Of a DNA stretch of 64,000 nt, positions 50,714-60,830 are shown piece after piece. Position 1 is the stretch's first letter; every line of letters begins with the position of its first letter. Position numbers and translations under genes: made by a program. Source of the stretch: an uncultured Bacillota bacterium. Its GTDB lineage: Bacteria; Bacillota; DTU025; MWDF01. The notes under the pieces were generated by a model. It worked only from the letters and a program-made list of their open reading frames with translations, was not told the DNA's origin and did not search any database. The stretch covers positions 32,001-96,000 of the forward strand of contig CAWGMK010000007.1 in NCBI GenBank assembly GCA_963823655.1, given 5' to 3'.

Positions 50714-51415
50714 TTATCTTCCCAAGTACGCCTTCTTGACCATGGGATCTTTCGCCAGGTCCGAGCATTTAGCTTCCATCACAATGCGCCCTGTCTCAAG
50801 CACGTAGCCTCTGTGGGCGGTCTTAAGCGCCTGATACGCATTCTGCTCTACCAGAAGGATGGTGGCATCCTTTGCGATTTCGGCTATCTCCTTGTAGATC
50901 TCCTGGACAAGGACGGGGGCAAGGCCCATGGAGGGCTCGTCCATCAGTAGCAGCTTCGGCCTGGACATCATTGCGCGCCCGATGCAAAGCATCTGCTGTT
51001 CTCCTCCAGAAAGAGTACCAGCCATCTGCTCGCGCCTTTCCTTCAGCCTCGGGAAGATGTGGAAAACCCTATCCCTGTCCCCTTCTATCTGCTTATGGTC
51101 TTTCCTCAGGAAGGCTCCGAGCCTCAAATTCTGATCAACCGAAAGATCATAGAATATCTTGCGGCCTTCCGGAGCGTGGCCTATGCCTGCTGCTACGATG
51201 TTATGCGGGGCCATTTTGGCGATGTTGATATCGTTGAAGCTCATGTTCCCGGACTGGGACTTCACTATTCCCGATATCGCCCTCAGCAGAGTCGACTTAC
51301 CTGCCCCGTTGGCGCCTATTATGGTGACTATCTCGCCCTCTTGCACGTTGATGGAGACCGAGTCCAGGGCGTGTATTCCGCCGTAGTAGACATGAAGGTT
51401 CTCAATCTTCAGCAT
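50714..51415 (-). CDS. livF: Branched-chain amino acid ABC transporter ATPase
   Basis: GANGAGKST, LSGGEQQM, MDEPSMGLAP, GYVLETG. Confidence 0.93.
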   Translation of the reverse strand: MLKIENLHVYYGGIHALDSVSINVQEGEIVTIIGANGAGKSTLLRAISGIVKSQSGNMSFNDINIAKMAPHNIVAAGIGHAPEGRKIFYDLSVDQNLRLGAFLRKDHKQIEGDRDRVFHIFPRLKERREQMAGTLSGGEQQMLCIGRAMMSRPKLLLMDEPSMGLAPVLVQEIYKEIAEIAKDATILLVEQNAYQALKTAHRGYVLETGRIVMEAKCSDLAKDPMVKKAYLGR

Positions 51416-52187
51416 CTTTTTGCTCCTCCCCGAGGTAAGCCTCGATTACTTTGGAATCGTTCTGGATTTCCGAGGGCGTGCCCTGTGTGAGGAGCTTGCC
51501 GAAGTTGAGCACGTACATGCGCTCGCATATGTTCATGATTACGTCCATGTGGTGCTCAATAATCAGTATCGTGGTCGAGAATTCCTTCTTAACTTTGCGT
51601 ATGAACTCTATCAGCTCTACGCACTCCTGGGGGTTCATGCCGGCTGCTGGCTCGTCCAGAAGCAGCAGAGCAGGCTTTAATGCCAAAGCCCTTGCAATCT
51701 CGACTCGCCTTTGCATCCCGTACGGGAGGCTCGCCGATACCTCATCCTTCCGGTCCAGGAGACCTACCATGCCAAGAAGCCTGATAGCCTCCTCATGGCA
51801 CTCCTTCTCGCGCTTCTCATATAAGCCCGTGTGAAGGAATGAATCAAAGATGCTGTACGGTATCCTAAGATGCCCGGCAGTCCTGATGTTGTCGTAAACG
51901 CTCAAGCCCTTGAACAGCCTTATGTTCTGGAACGTCCTTACGACGCCAAGCTCGGCTATCTGATTCGGCCTCATGTTCACGATATTCTTGTCCTTGAATG
52001 TGATGATGCCGGTATCGGGCATGTAAACACCCGTTATGAGGTTGAATACGGTAGTCTTGCCGGCTCCGTTGGGACCGATCAACCCTACTATTTCACCTTC
52101 GTCTACATGGAGGTTGACGCTGTCGACCGCTGTCAGGCCTCCGAACTTTATCGTAAGGTTCTCAACATTGAAAAACGACATGGTCAT
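51402..52187 (-). CDS. livG: Branched-chain amino acid ABC transporter ATPase
   Basis: GPNGAGKTT, RTFQNIRLF, LPYG.QRR.EIARALA, LDEPAAGMN. Confidence 0.93.
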   Translation of the reverse strand: MTMSFFNVENLTIKFGGLTAVDSVNLHVDEGEIVGLIGPNGAGKTTVFNLITGVYMPDTGIITFKDKNIVNMRPNQIAELGVVRTFQNIRLFKGLSVYDNIRTAGHLRIPYSIFDSFLHTGLYEKREKECHEEAIRLLGMVGLLDRKDEVSASLPYGMQRRVEIARALALKPALLLLDEPAAGMNPQECVELIEFIRKVKKEFSTTILIIEHHMDVIMNICERMYVLNFGKLLTQGTPSEIQNDSKVIEAYLGEEQKDAED

Positions 52188-53191
52188 ACCTCCTTCTTCG
52201 ACGGTTTTCTAAATAGCCTGAAGTTCCTGATGCTCTCCCATGTGATTTCCTTGCGGCCGATAAGGCCCTGCGGCCTCGTTAACATGATTATTAGGAACAT
52301 CGCGGCATAGAATACGGTCCAGCCCCTCTTGATAAACGCGCCTGCCGCAGCCAAGCCCCAGCCTGTGAGGAGCGTTGCGGCGTTTCTGAATACCTCTGGA
52401 AGGAGCGTTATGCCGAAGGCGCCTGCGATCGACCCGGTAAGGCCGCCAATACCGCCGAGGATGACCATTGAGATGATCTCTACCGTCTTTGTGTAGTTGA
52501 ATATCTCAGGATGCAGGTACATCATATAGTGCCCGATGAGCGCGCCGCCTATGCCCGCGAAGAAGGACGATATGACGAAAGCCAGCACCTTGAAGGTCGT
52601 CGTGTCGATACCGACCGAGCGCGCAGCTATCTCGTCCTCCTTGACGGATACGAATGACCTGCCATGCTTCGAATGTACGAGGTTAGTTATGAGCCATATC
52701 GTGACGACAAGGGTAATCAGCACAACCGGCAGCGTAGATTGGAACGGCACTCCGGCGAGCCCCAGGCCGCCGCCTGTTAGCTCCGTAGTGTTGTTCAATA
52801 TCGCCGTGATTATGTACTGGAAGCCCAGCGTAACGACCGACAGATAGTCGCCGACGAGCCTCAGCGACGGGAAGCCAATCAGGAAGCCCGCGATGCCGGC
52901 CAGCGTTCCTCCGGCAATAAGGGATGGCAGGAATGGCCAGCTCAGCTTCATCATGAGTATCGCTGATGTGTAGGCCCCTATGGCCATGAAACCGGCGTGC
53001 CCCATGCTGAACTGCCCGGTGAATCCCGCGACCAGGTTCCAGCTGATGGCCAGTATCGCGTTGATGCAGAACAATGTGAGTATACCTATCGGATAGGCCT
53101 GAAGGTTGGCCTTAAGGAAGACCGCCAATCCCCACGCCACCAATATCTGGACTATAAGAGTGCCGAACCTCTTCAGAAATCCACTGCTCAT
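52184..53191 (-). CDS. livM: Branched-chain amino acid ABC transporter permease
   Basis: GQFSMGHAGFMAIGAY, LRL.GDYL, EDEIAA, LGG.G, RPQGL. Confidence 0.92.
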   Translation of the reverse strand: MSSGFLKRFGTLIVQILVAWGLAVFLKANLQAYPIGILTLFCINAILAISWNLVAGFTGQFSMGHAGFMAIGAYTSAILMMKLSWPFLPSLIAGGTLAGIAGFLIGFPSLRLVGDYLSVVTLGFQYIITAILNNTTELTGGGLGLAGVPFQSTLPVVLITLVVTIWLITNLVHSKHGRSFVSVKEDEIAARSVGIDTTTFKVLAFVISSFFAGIGGALIGHYMMYLHPEIFNYTKTVEIISMVILGGIGGLTGSIAGAFGITLLPEVFRNAATLLTGWGLAAAGAFIKRGWTVFYAAMFLIIMLTRPQGLIGRKEITWESIRNFRLFRKPSKKEV

Positions 53192-53195
53192 GCCG

Positions 53196-54077
53196 TCACA
53201 CCTTCTCTTTCGTGCCCTTGCCGAAAAGCCCTGAGGGCTTGAAGAGCAATACGAGCACCAGAAGTATGAATGCGATGGCGTCCTTGAAATTGGATGATAT
53301 GTACCCAGCCCCGAAAGTCTCAAGGAAACCTATCAGATACCCGCCGACATAGGCGCCTTGGATGCTGCCTATGCCTCCGAGGACGGCAGCCGAGAACGAT
53401 TTAAGCCCGAAGAGGCCTCCTAATGAGGGATTGACGCTGAACTTCATCCCTATCAGCAGGCCTGCCGTGCTTGCCATCACTCCTGCCAGGAAGAAGGTCA
53501 CCGATATGGCCCCGTTTACGTTGATGCCCATCAGCGACGCCGCATCGCGGTCCATGGACACGGCTTTAATGGAAAGCCCCGTAAGGGTCCTGTTCACAAA
53601 GAACCAGAGTGCCAGCATGAGTATCACTGCCCCGACTACGAGGAATATATCCACCGGAGGTATGAGTACTCCGCCGAATTCCAAGGGTATCCCGGACAGG
53701 ATGCGAGGGTAAATGTGATAATCGGCGGAGAAATAAACCACTATGGCGTTCTCCACCAATAGTGATATTCCAATCGAAGTAATCAGCATGTTCAGCCGAG
53801 GCGCGTTCTTCAGGCGCAACGACCTGTATATCCTTTGTTCCGTGAACATCGAGAAAAGCCCCGACAGCACCATGCTCAGACCCATGGCCACCGGGAAGGG
53901 AACGATCTTCTGAAGCGATATCATGAGTGCGATATAAGCACCGAGCGTAAGAATCGATCCGTGAGCGAAGTTAATGAACTTCAATACTCCGAACACGAGA
54001 GTATATCCTACAGCCACCAGGGCGTACACGCTGCCTATTGACAGCCCGTTCCACAGCTGTTGCAGAAATTCTCCCAT
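53196..54077 (-). CDS. livH: Branched-chain amino acid ABC transporter permease
   Basis: GSVYALVAVGYTLVFG..INFAHG, AASLMGIN, AAVLGGIG, KPSGLFG. Confidence 0.93.
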   Translation of the reverse strand: MGEFLQQLWNGLSIGSVYALVAVGYTLVFGVLKFINFAHGSILTLGAYIALMISLQKIVPFPVAMGLSMVLSGLFSMFTEQRIYRSLRLKNAPRLNMLITSIGISLLVENAIVVYFSADYHIYPRILSGIPLEFGGVLIPPVDIFLVVGAVILMLALWFFVNRTLTGLSIKAVSMDRDAASLMGINVNGAISVTFFLAGVMASTAGLLIGMKFSVNPSLGGLFGLKSFSAAVLGGIGSIQGAYVGGYLIGFLETFGAGYISSNFKDAIAFILLVLVLLFKPSGLFGKGTKEKV

Positions 54078-54235
54078 AAACTCTCTCCTTCCGGCGCGAG
54101 CAGCAAATCGAGCATGCCTTCTCCGGGTTGGCCCAGGATTTGAGTCCGGCTTTGAATCTGCCAAAGACTCGACGGACGAGCGTCCGCGACTATGCTTCGG
54201 TGGCCCGCACAAGAATCTACTTCGTACAAAATAAA

Positions 54236-54270
54236 GTGCCCCGCGGCCTACTTACCCGGCCGCAGGGCAC
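54236..54270 (-). terminator. Hairpin after livK (terminator or stabiliser)
   Basis: GTGCCCTGCGGCC...GGCCGCGGGGCAC followed by TTTATTTT on the minus strand. Confidence 0.65.
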
Positions 54271-54296
54271 GGCTGGGACTTGCTTTAACCCTGATA

Positions 54297-55487
54297 TTAC
54301 GGATTTACTTTCTCAACGAATGTGAAGCCGTTGTCCTTGACCTTTACGACCAATACCGGTTTGTCGAGAGGGTTATGGGTCTTCGGGTCCATAGTGAAGG
54401 TGCCAGACGGTACGGAAATATTGCTTATGTTCTCTATTGCCGCCCTTATTGCTTCCGGCTCTGCGCTTCCGGCCTTCTTAATGGCTTCCGCGAGGACAAT
54501 CATTGCCTCATAGGAGAAGCAGGCATTGGAGTTCGGCTCGGAGTTGAACTGCTTCCTGTACTTCACTGCGAACGCAAGTGCCTTCGGGTCCGGATCGTCA
54601 TCGACGTACAGCGTGGTCAGATACAGGTTCTTCAAAGCATCCGGACCAGCTATTTCGATGATCTTCGGAGCATGGGTGGAGTCTCCGCCCATAAACGGGA
54701 TGGTCGACATTCCAAGCTCCAGCATCTGGCGAAGTATCAGGCCGTTCGCGTCGTACGTGTTGGGCCCGATGATTACTTCGGGTTTGAGGCTCTTTATCTT
54801 TGTTAGCTGGGGTTTGAAGTCCTGGGTGGCATCGGGGAAGGTCTCTTCGCCGATGATCGTGCCGCCCAACTTAATGAAGCGCTCCTTGAAGTACTGGGCC
54901 AAACCCTTGCTGTAGTCCTGCGCGATGTTATAGAGCAGGGCAGCCTTTGTCTTCTTCAAGGTGTTGAATACGAAGTTTGCCATTACGGTGCCCTGTACAG
55001 AGTCGATGAAGCATGCGCGGAAATAGTACGGGTTGAGCTTCGTCGTGTCATTGGGGTCCATAACGACGTTGGGGTTGGTGCTTGTCGGAGCTATTGCGGG
55101 GCGCTTCAGTTCCATAAGTACTGGGCCGGCTGCTATCGAGTTGGAGCTTGCGATCTCTCCGAGAAGAGCAACTACCTTGTCCTGCTCGATCAGCTTGCGC
55201 ACTACGTTGGGAACGTTGACCTTATTCGACTGGGTGTCCTCGTAAACCAGTTCTATTTTCATTCCGAGGACTCCGCCGGCGGCGTTGATGTCCATTACCG
55301 CAAGGTCGGTGCCGTTCTTGTTAAGCTGTCCCTTGGCGGCATTCGAGCCTGTAAGGGGGTAGAAGCAGCCGATCTTTATCGTCTTGTCTGCGGCGGCCCC
55401 AACCAATACTGTTGTCATAAGCGCGACGATTATTAGGATAGGCACTACTAAGCTGCGGAAACTCTTGGCCTTAACATTGTTAATCAA
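54297..55487 (-). CDS. livK: Branched-chain amino acid ABC transporter substrate-binding protein
   Basis: IKIG...PLTG..A..G, INAAGGVLG, YYFRACFID..QG, DF..QLTKIK. Confidence 0.88.
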   Translation of the reverse strand: MINNVKAKSFRSLVVPILIIVALMTTVLVGAAADKTIKIGCFYPLTGSNAAKGQLNKNGTDLAVMDINAAGGVLGMKIELVYEDTQSNKVNVPNVVRKLIEQDKVVALLGEIASSNSIAAGPVLMELKRPAIAPTSTNPNVVMDPNDTTKLNPYYFRACFIDSVQGTVMANFVFNTLKKTKAALLYNIAQDYSKGLAQYFKERFIKLGGTIIGEETFPDATQDFKPQLTKIKSLKPEVIIGPNTYDANGLILRQMLELGMSTIPFMGGDSTHAPKIIEIAGPDALKNLYLTTLYVDDDPDPKALAFAVKYRKQFNSEPNSNACFSYEAMIVLAEAIKKAGSAEPEAIRAAIENISNISVPSGTFTMDPKTHNPLDKPVLVVKVKDNGFTFVEKVNP

Positions 55488-55864
55488 GATTCCACCTCCT
55501 GGTCCATGATGAATTTTTTATTTGCCATCTGGAACTCTAAACCTTAGTTGTGCTGGGTGATGCCCGAGCCTTATGAAATGGGCACCTCTGTTCGTCTAAC
55601 GTCTCGCGTACAACACCCCTTTCGATACAATAACTGAACTGGATCGTTTCTTTTTGATACTTGATGTTTTAATAAGCACTAGATTATTTCTATGGGAAGG
55701 TTGCTTAGTCCTGTATTTCACGGCTTGTATTTTTATTTATACTTACAGGACGCACGCCATAGATAACTTGTTCAAAGTTTTACAAAATCTGCCGTTTTGC
55801 TGCCTTTTCTTATCAAAACATAGCCTTGGGCGGAAGATTGCGCTGATTATGCCAGGTAGCCTTG

Positions 55865-57007
55865 TCATACATTGAACTTGATCAGCACGATATCTGCGTC
55901 CTTGATCTCATAATCCCTGCCTTCGGACCTGATTTTACCATGCTCCTTGGCAGTGGCGTAGGATCCGATTTTCTCAAGTTCGCCGAAGTTTATCACATCT
56001 GCCTTGATAAAGCCGCGTTCCATGTCGGTGTGGATCTTACCTGCGGCGACTGACGCATGCGTCCCCTTCGGTATGGACCATGCCCTCGTCTCTGTGCCTT
56101 TCATTGTGAAGAATGAAATCAGGTCCAGTGCTTTGTAGCATTTCTCGACCATATGCTCGGACAGTGGCCTGTCCAAGCCTAGCTGTGCAAGATATTCGGC
56201 CGCGTCCGTTTCTCCCAGTTCGGCAAGCTGATTGTCTAGCTCAGCGCAGATTACGGCAAGCGGGCTGGAACTGTCGATCTTCCTTATCTGTTGCAAGGCC
56301 GCCTCGAACATCCCCTTCTTTGCCGGCATCTGTTCTTCGAAAAGTTCTGGCATCAGTGGCGGAAGCTCACTAACCTGAGCCTCATCGATGTTAAGTACGA
56401 TTATCGCGGGCTTTGCAGTAAGCAGGAAAAGCCTTGCGACCGCATTCCTCTCCTCCTCTGCCAGCTCTATGGACCTTAGGAGTATGCCCTTTGACAAGTG
56501 AGTTTTGAGCCTCTTCAGCACATCAATCTCGTCCCTGTATCTTTTCTCACCGGTTTTTAGCATCGGCTCTGCCTTCTGTATGGCTTTGTCCACTGTCTGA
56601 AGGTCGGCCAGGATGAGTTCGGTGTTCACAATATCCAGGTCCCTCGCCGGATCTACGCTTCCCTCGATATGGATAACATCCTTGTTTTCGAAGCATCTCG
56701 CGACATGGGCTATTGCATCGCACTCCCTTATGTGGCCAAGGAATTTATTGCCAAGCCCCTCACCCTTCCAGGCGCCTTTTACAAGGCCGGCGATGTCGAA
56801 ATACTCGATCGTGGCGTAAGTGATCTTGTCTGCTTTGGCAAGATGGGCCACCTGGGGCAGCCGCCTGTCCGGGATTTCCACTATGCCGACGTTTGGCTCA
56901 ACTGTAGTGAAAGGATAGCTGCCGACAAGGGCTCCAGCCCTTGTAAGCGCGTTGAACAGGGTGCTCTTTCCCGCATTAGGAAGTCCTACGATGCCTATCC
57001 TGAGCAT
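55865..57007 (-). CDS. ychF: Redox-regulated ATPase YchF
   Basis: GIVGLPNAGKSTLFNALT, YPFTTVEPN, DIAGLVKGA..GEGLGNKFL, AGKIHTD..RGFI. Confidence 0.96.
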   Translation of the reverse strand: MLRIGIVGLPNAGKSTLFNALTRAGALVGSYPFTTVEPNVGIVEIPDRRLPQVAHLAKADKITYATIEYFDIAGLVKGAWKGEGLGNKFLGHIRECDAIAHVARCFENKDVIHIEGSVDPARDLDIVNTELILADLQTVDKAIQKAEPMLKTGEKRYRDEIDVLKRLKTHLSKGILLRSIELAEEERNAVARLFLLTAKPAIIVLNIDEAQVSELPPLMPELFEEQMPAKKGMFEAALQQIRKIDSSSPLAVICAELDNQLAELGETDAAEYLAQLGLDRPLSEHMVEKCYKALDLISFFTMKGTETRAWSIPKGTHASVAAGKIHTDMERGFIKADVINFGELEKIGSYATAKEHGKIRSEGRDYEIKDADIVLIKFNV

Positions 57008-57025
57008 AGGTACTACCTCCTTGCC

Positions 57026-57232
57026 CTACTCTGACCTGCCTACCACTGATTTCACAAGCTTCTCCAATTCCCCTCTTGCCATGACCACCTGTCGTCCGCA
57101 TTTGTAGCATTTGATCCTGTAGTCAGCCCCGGTCCTTATGATCACCCAGTCGAAAGATCCGCAAGGATGCTTCTTCCTAAGCTTGACCACGTCTCCCGGA
57201 GAGTATGGAAAGTAGGATTTCTCCTCATTCAT
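57026..57232 (-). CDS. DUF951 family protein
   Basis: GDVVKLRKKHPCGS..W..IRTGADYRIKC..CGR. Confidence 0.9.
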   Translation of the reverse strand: MNEEKSYFPYSPGDVVKLRKKHPCGSFDWVIIRTGADYRIKCYKCGRQVVMARGELEKLVKSVVGRSE

Positions 57233-58148
57233 CCTTTTTGCCCTTCTCGACGGCCGGGAAAAGCCCGGTATCTATAGTTATAGTGCGGTGCGGGCTTGCG
57301 AATGATATTGAATTGTCATCGCATGCCTTCTTAAGCACCTTGTTCAGGTCCCTCGCAATTCCCCAATGCTTCATGGGGACCCCCCTTGCCCAGATCCTTA
57401 TCCTGCAGCCCAATTCGTTCATCTCTTCCACGCCTAGCACCTTCGGGCCGTCGATGAGCCCGTCCAATTCCGGCTTGGCGGCGTCCATCGCCTCCTGGAA
57501 TACCGCTATTGCCCTTTCGACGTCCTCTCTTATGTCTATGGTGATCGCCATCCATATCCTCAGGCCGTCGCTTCTATAGTTGGTCACCTTGCTTATGTTG
57601 CCGTTGGGTATAATGTGGAGCTCGCCGCCGAAGTCGCGCACTTTGGTTACTCTCATCTGGATTTCTTCAACGATGCCTTCGCTTCCTTCTATCTTCACGA
57701 AGTCGCCTACTGCGTATTGGTCTTCGAACAGCAGGAAGAAGCCGGATATTATGTCCTTTATAAGGGCTTGGGCCCCGAAGCCCAGCGCCAGGCCAGCAAA
57801 GCCGGCTCCGGCCAGCAGGCTGGTCGTGTTCAGTCCCAACGCTTCAAGCGACATGAGCGCCGCTACGAAATATATTACATACTTTGAGATGCTTTTCAGG
57901 ATCGTGCCGCTCGTCTGTATGCGCCTCGGGTCGCTCAATTTGCGGTTTTCGTATTTAAGCCTCTTGTTAGTAAGTGTTTTGATCATACTTGATACTATTC
58001 GATTGATTATTGCCGCAAATATGAATATCAGCAGCACCGATACTATCTTTGCCCCGACTTCCACTATGGGCACTACATTGCCGATCGGAAGGTGCAGAAC
58101 ACCGGAAATCCATTCTGCCACTGTGTACGTTAACTTCAAAGGCACCAC
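57225..58148 (-). CDS. Small-conductance mechanosensitive channel family protein
   Basis: LLAGAG..GLALGFGAQ.LIKDIISG, VGD.V, G.VEEI..R.T. Confidence 0.9.
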   Translation of the reverse strand: MVPLKLTYTVAEWISGVLHLPIGNVVPIVEVGAKIVSVLLIFIFAAIINRIVSSMIKTLTNKRLKYENRKLSDPRRIQTSGTILKSISKYVIYFVAALMSLEALGLNTTSLLAGAGFAGLALGFGAQALIKDIISGFFLLFEDQYAVGDFVKIEGSEGIVEEIQMRVTKVRDFGGELHIIPNGNISKVTNYRSDGLRIWMAITIDIREDVERAIAVFQEAMDAAKPELDGLIDGPKVLGVEEMNELGCRIRIWARGVPMKHWGIARDLNKVLKKACDDNSISFASPHRTITIDTGLFPAVEKGKKDE

Positions 58149-58159
58149 CTCCGGCTCAT

Positions 58160-58175
58160 TGTTTCACGTGGAACA
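58160..58175. promoter_or_regulatory. parS site
   Basis: TGTTTCACGTGGAACA. Confidence 0.9.
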
Positions 58176-58700
58176 TCACAATTTGACTATGGCACCCAGG
58201 ATGCCGGTTACGAACAGGAGAAGTATCGGGTCCGCCTTGAGGAAAAAGGCTGCGGCAAGTGCCGCGACGAATATCGCAATACTTGCTGTGCTTCCCAAAG
58301 CCGCGGCTCCCATAGAGAAGGCAGCTGAGGCGATAAGGCCTATTACGGCAGCCCTCAGTATGGCCTTGACGGCCTTCATCTTCTTGTTATCCTTAAGCTT
58401 GTTCACAAAATACGTAAGTACCAGGATTATCAGCACAGGAAAGAAGATGACCCCTACAGTGCCCGTGATAGCGCCGAGGATCCCTGCAAGCTTATACCCT
58501 ATGAAAGTTGACGCGTTAAGAGCTATCGGGCCCGGGGTTACTTCCGCTATGGCCACTACATCGAGGAACTCCTCCATGGTCAGCCAACCATTTTTGATTA
58601 TTATCTCCGTCTGTATCAGCCTTAAGGCCGCGTAGCCTCCTCCGAATGTGAATAGTCCCACCCTTGCGAAGCTTGCAAATAGATCTATCAAGATCGACAT
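58176..58700 (-). CDS. Chromate transporter (short-chain ChrA half)
   Basis: GLFTFGGGY, TPGPIALN.STFIGY. Confidence 0.9.
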   Translation of the reverse strand: MSILIDLFASFARVGLFTFGGGYAALRLIQTEIIIKNGWLTMEEFLDVVAIAEVTPGPIALNASTFIGYKLAGILGAITGTVGVIFFPVLIILVLTYFVNKLKDNKKMKAVKAILRAAVIGLIASAAFSMGAAALGSTASIAIFVAALAAAFFLKADPILLLFVTGILGAIVKL

Positions 58701-59272
58701 TACAGCACCCCCTCAGGCAGCAGCAGCGCCAATAGGGCGAAGCCTGCTATTATCGGGAAGGGGCTTACCTTAAGCAGGAAATTGAGCGCGAAGGCAATTG
58801 CTGCAATCAGCAGATGGAAGGGCTTCTTAACACATGTCTTCGAAAGAGTGATGACTGCCGTGGCAATTAAGGCTACTACCGCAGGCCTTATCGCCTTGAA
58901 CGCGCTTTGAAACGCCTCATATTTCATAAATGTGGGGAATACTGCAGCTATCAGGGTTATGATTATAAGCGACGGAAGCGCGCAACCCAGGACCGCGGCA
59001 GCGGCCCCTGACTTCCTTTTTAGCGTATACCCTACATAAGTGGCCGTATTGATGGCTATGGGGCCCGGTGCCGCCTGCGTAATACCGAGCATGTCAGAGA
59101 ATTCTTCTTTGCTCATCCAACTTCTTTTCTCTGTGATCTCTTTCTGCATGACGGGCACCATTACATATCCGCCGCCGATAGTGAACATGCCTATTTTGAA
59201 GAACAGTTTGAATATATCCAGGAGAGATGGCTTCGCATCCCTTTCTAAGGCCGCCTTTTCCAATTTTCGCAC
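58700..59272 (-). CDS. Chromate transporter (short-chain ChrA half)
   Basis: FFKIGMFTIGGGYVM, APGPIAINTATYVGY, RPAVVALI. Confidence 0.9.
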   Translation of the reverse strand: MRKLEKAALERDAKPSLLDIFKLFFKIGMFTIGGGYVMVPVMQKEITEKRSWMSKEEFSDMLGITQAAPGPIAINTATYVGYTLKRKSGAAAAVLGCALPSLIIITLIAAVFPTFMKYEAFQSAFKAIRPAVVALIATAVITLSKTCVKKPFHLLIAAIAFALNFLLKVSPFPIIAGFALLALLLPEGVL

Positions 59273-59336
59273 CTCTTATTGATTATTGCCCCGCCTTGAC
59301 GGCGGGGCTTTCACCTTCAGTATCAAGTTTCGGATT

Positions 59337-60263
59337 CTATTTGCTTATTACAGGTGTGCACCAGTGCATGTATTTGTCTGAGCGACCTCTTACGACTTCG
59401 TAATAGAGGTTTTGCAGTTCCTTTGAAATCGGGCCTACCTTACCGGTTCCGACCGGCACCCTGTCCACCGCCACTATCGGCGCAAGTTCAGCACCTGTGC
59501 CGCAGATGAACGCTTCGTCGCTGATATAGAGCTCAGAGCGGTCGATCGTCCTTTCCACGCACTCAAGGCCCATTTCTTTGCGAGCGAGCTCCATCAATGA
59601 AGCCCTCGTGATTCCCTCAAGTATATGTGAGCTGACGCTGGGTGTAATCAACTTGCCGTCTCGTATTATGAAAAGGTTCTCAGCGCTTCCCTCGGATACG
59701 TGGCCGTCCCTGTTCATGAATATTGCCTCGTCATATCCGTCGTCCTGTGCCTCGCTCTTTGCGTAAGAGGCGTTGATATATGCCCCGTTTACCTTGGCCC
59801 GCATGGGAATGCAGTTATCCTCGACGTGAGCCCATGAGCTTACGCATACGCTAAGTCCCTTTGAAGTGTCTATGTATTTTCCATAAGCCGTCGCAAAACA
59901 GCAGAAATCGTTTGCTACTCCTGTTAGTTTTACTCCGATCCCGAGGCCGCTTTTATAAGCCACGGGCCTGATATACACGTCATTTCCCTGAAATTCGCTT
60001 CTTCTTAGCAGCTCCAGTGTTATTTCGGACAGTTCCTCCGCAGTCTGGTTCAGAAAGATCCTGGTTATCTTTGTTGAGTTCTTAAGCCTCTTGTAGTGCT
60101 CTAGGAGCCTGAACACGAATAGCTGATCCTTTTCGGCGTTCCAATAGGCGCGGATACCTTCGAAGCATGCCGTCCCATAGAGGAAGGCATGCGTCATAAT
60201 GCTGATTTTCGCATCCTCCAGGGGGACGAACTGGCCTTCAAGATAGGCCACTGGTTTTGACAT
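59337..60263 (-). CDS. ilvE: Branched-chain amino acid aminotransferase
   Basis: THAFLYG...FEGIRAY, AKVNGAY, GYDEAI, SEGSAEN.F, ILEGITR, GTGAE. Confidence 0.9.
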   Translation of the reverse strand: MSKPVAYLEGQFVPLEDAKISIMTHAFLYGTACFEGIRAYWNAEKDQLFVFRLLEHYKRLKNSTKITRIFLNQTAEELSEITLELLRRSEFQGNDVYIRPVAYKSGLGIGVKLTGVANDFCCFATAYGKYIDTSKGLSVCVSSWAHVEDNCIPMRAKVNGAYINASYAKSEAQDDGYDEAIFMNRDGHVSEGSAENLFIIRDGKLITPSVSSHILEGITRASLMELARKEMGLECVERTIDRSELYISDEAFICGTGAELAPIVAVDRVPVGTGKVGPISKELQNLYYEVVRGRSDKYMHWCTPVISK

Positions 60264-60284
60264 TTACAAAACCTCCTTAAATAG

Positions 60285-60806
60285 TCACTTCTGCCTGGTA
60301 AGTAGTATGATTGCGACCCCTAGCAGGAAAGCTATCGCAACCCAAGAGTACCTCCAGAAAAACTGCTTCCTTTTTCCTCTCTTAATATCCCCTCTTCCCA
60401 TCTCCAGCTGCTTGGCCGTTTTTATCAGCGGAATTCCCTTGTCATATCTTTTCTCGCTTGTATAGAGAACCCCCAAGTTGTGGTACGCGTTCGCGTATGC
60501 CGGATCTGCCTGTATCGCCCGCTCGTAATACTCGATAGCTTTAAGGCTGTCGCCTCTTTCCTTATATATGTTGCCAAGGTTCGTATAAGCGGGGCTGCAC
60601 TCTTTATTGATGCTTATCGCAGCCCTAAATTCAGCCTCCGCTTCAGCAATCCTGCCTATGTTGATTAAGCAGACCCCTGCCTTATTCCTTACGGACGCAT
60701 ATGCCTGGCCTTCAGCCCCCAGGCTGTTAAGCAGGGCCAACGCCTCTTCCGGCTTTCTTTGGAAGAGCAGGTCCTGCGCTTTTTCGATTACATCTTCTAT
60801 AGGCAA
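60285..60806 (-). CDS. TPR repeat protein with C-terminal TM anchor
   Basis: AYTNLGNIY, AIEYYERAI..DP.YANAYHNLG; terminal hydrophobic helix. Confidence 0.85.
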   Translation of the reverse strand: MPIEDVIEKAQDLLFQRKPEEALALLNSLGAEGQAYASVRNKAGVCLINIGRIAEAEAEFRAAISINKECSPAYTNLGNIYKERGDSLKAIEYYERAIQADPAYANAYHNLGVLYTSEKRYDKGIPLIKTAKQLEMGRGDIKRGKRKQFFWRYSWVAIAFLLGVAIILLTRQK

Positions 60807-60830
60807 GTCCTTCTCCTTCGCCGATTTCCC

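Noticed and set aside
57580-58635. Long plus-strand ORFs antisense to housekeeping genes (e.g. 351 aa here, 276 aa at 4796..5626)
   Set aside because: Shadow frames of well-supported minus-strand genes, Ser/Ala/Pro-rich and without motifs.
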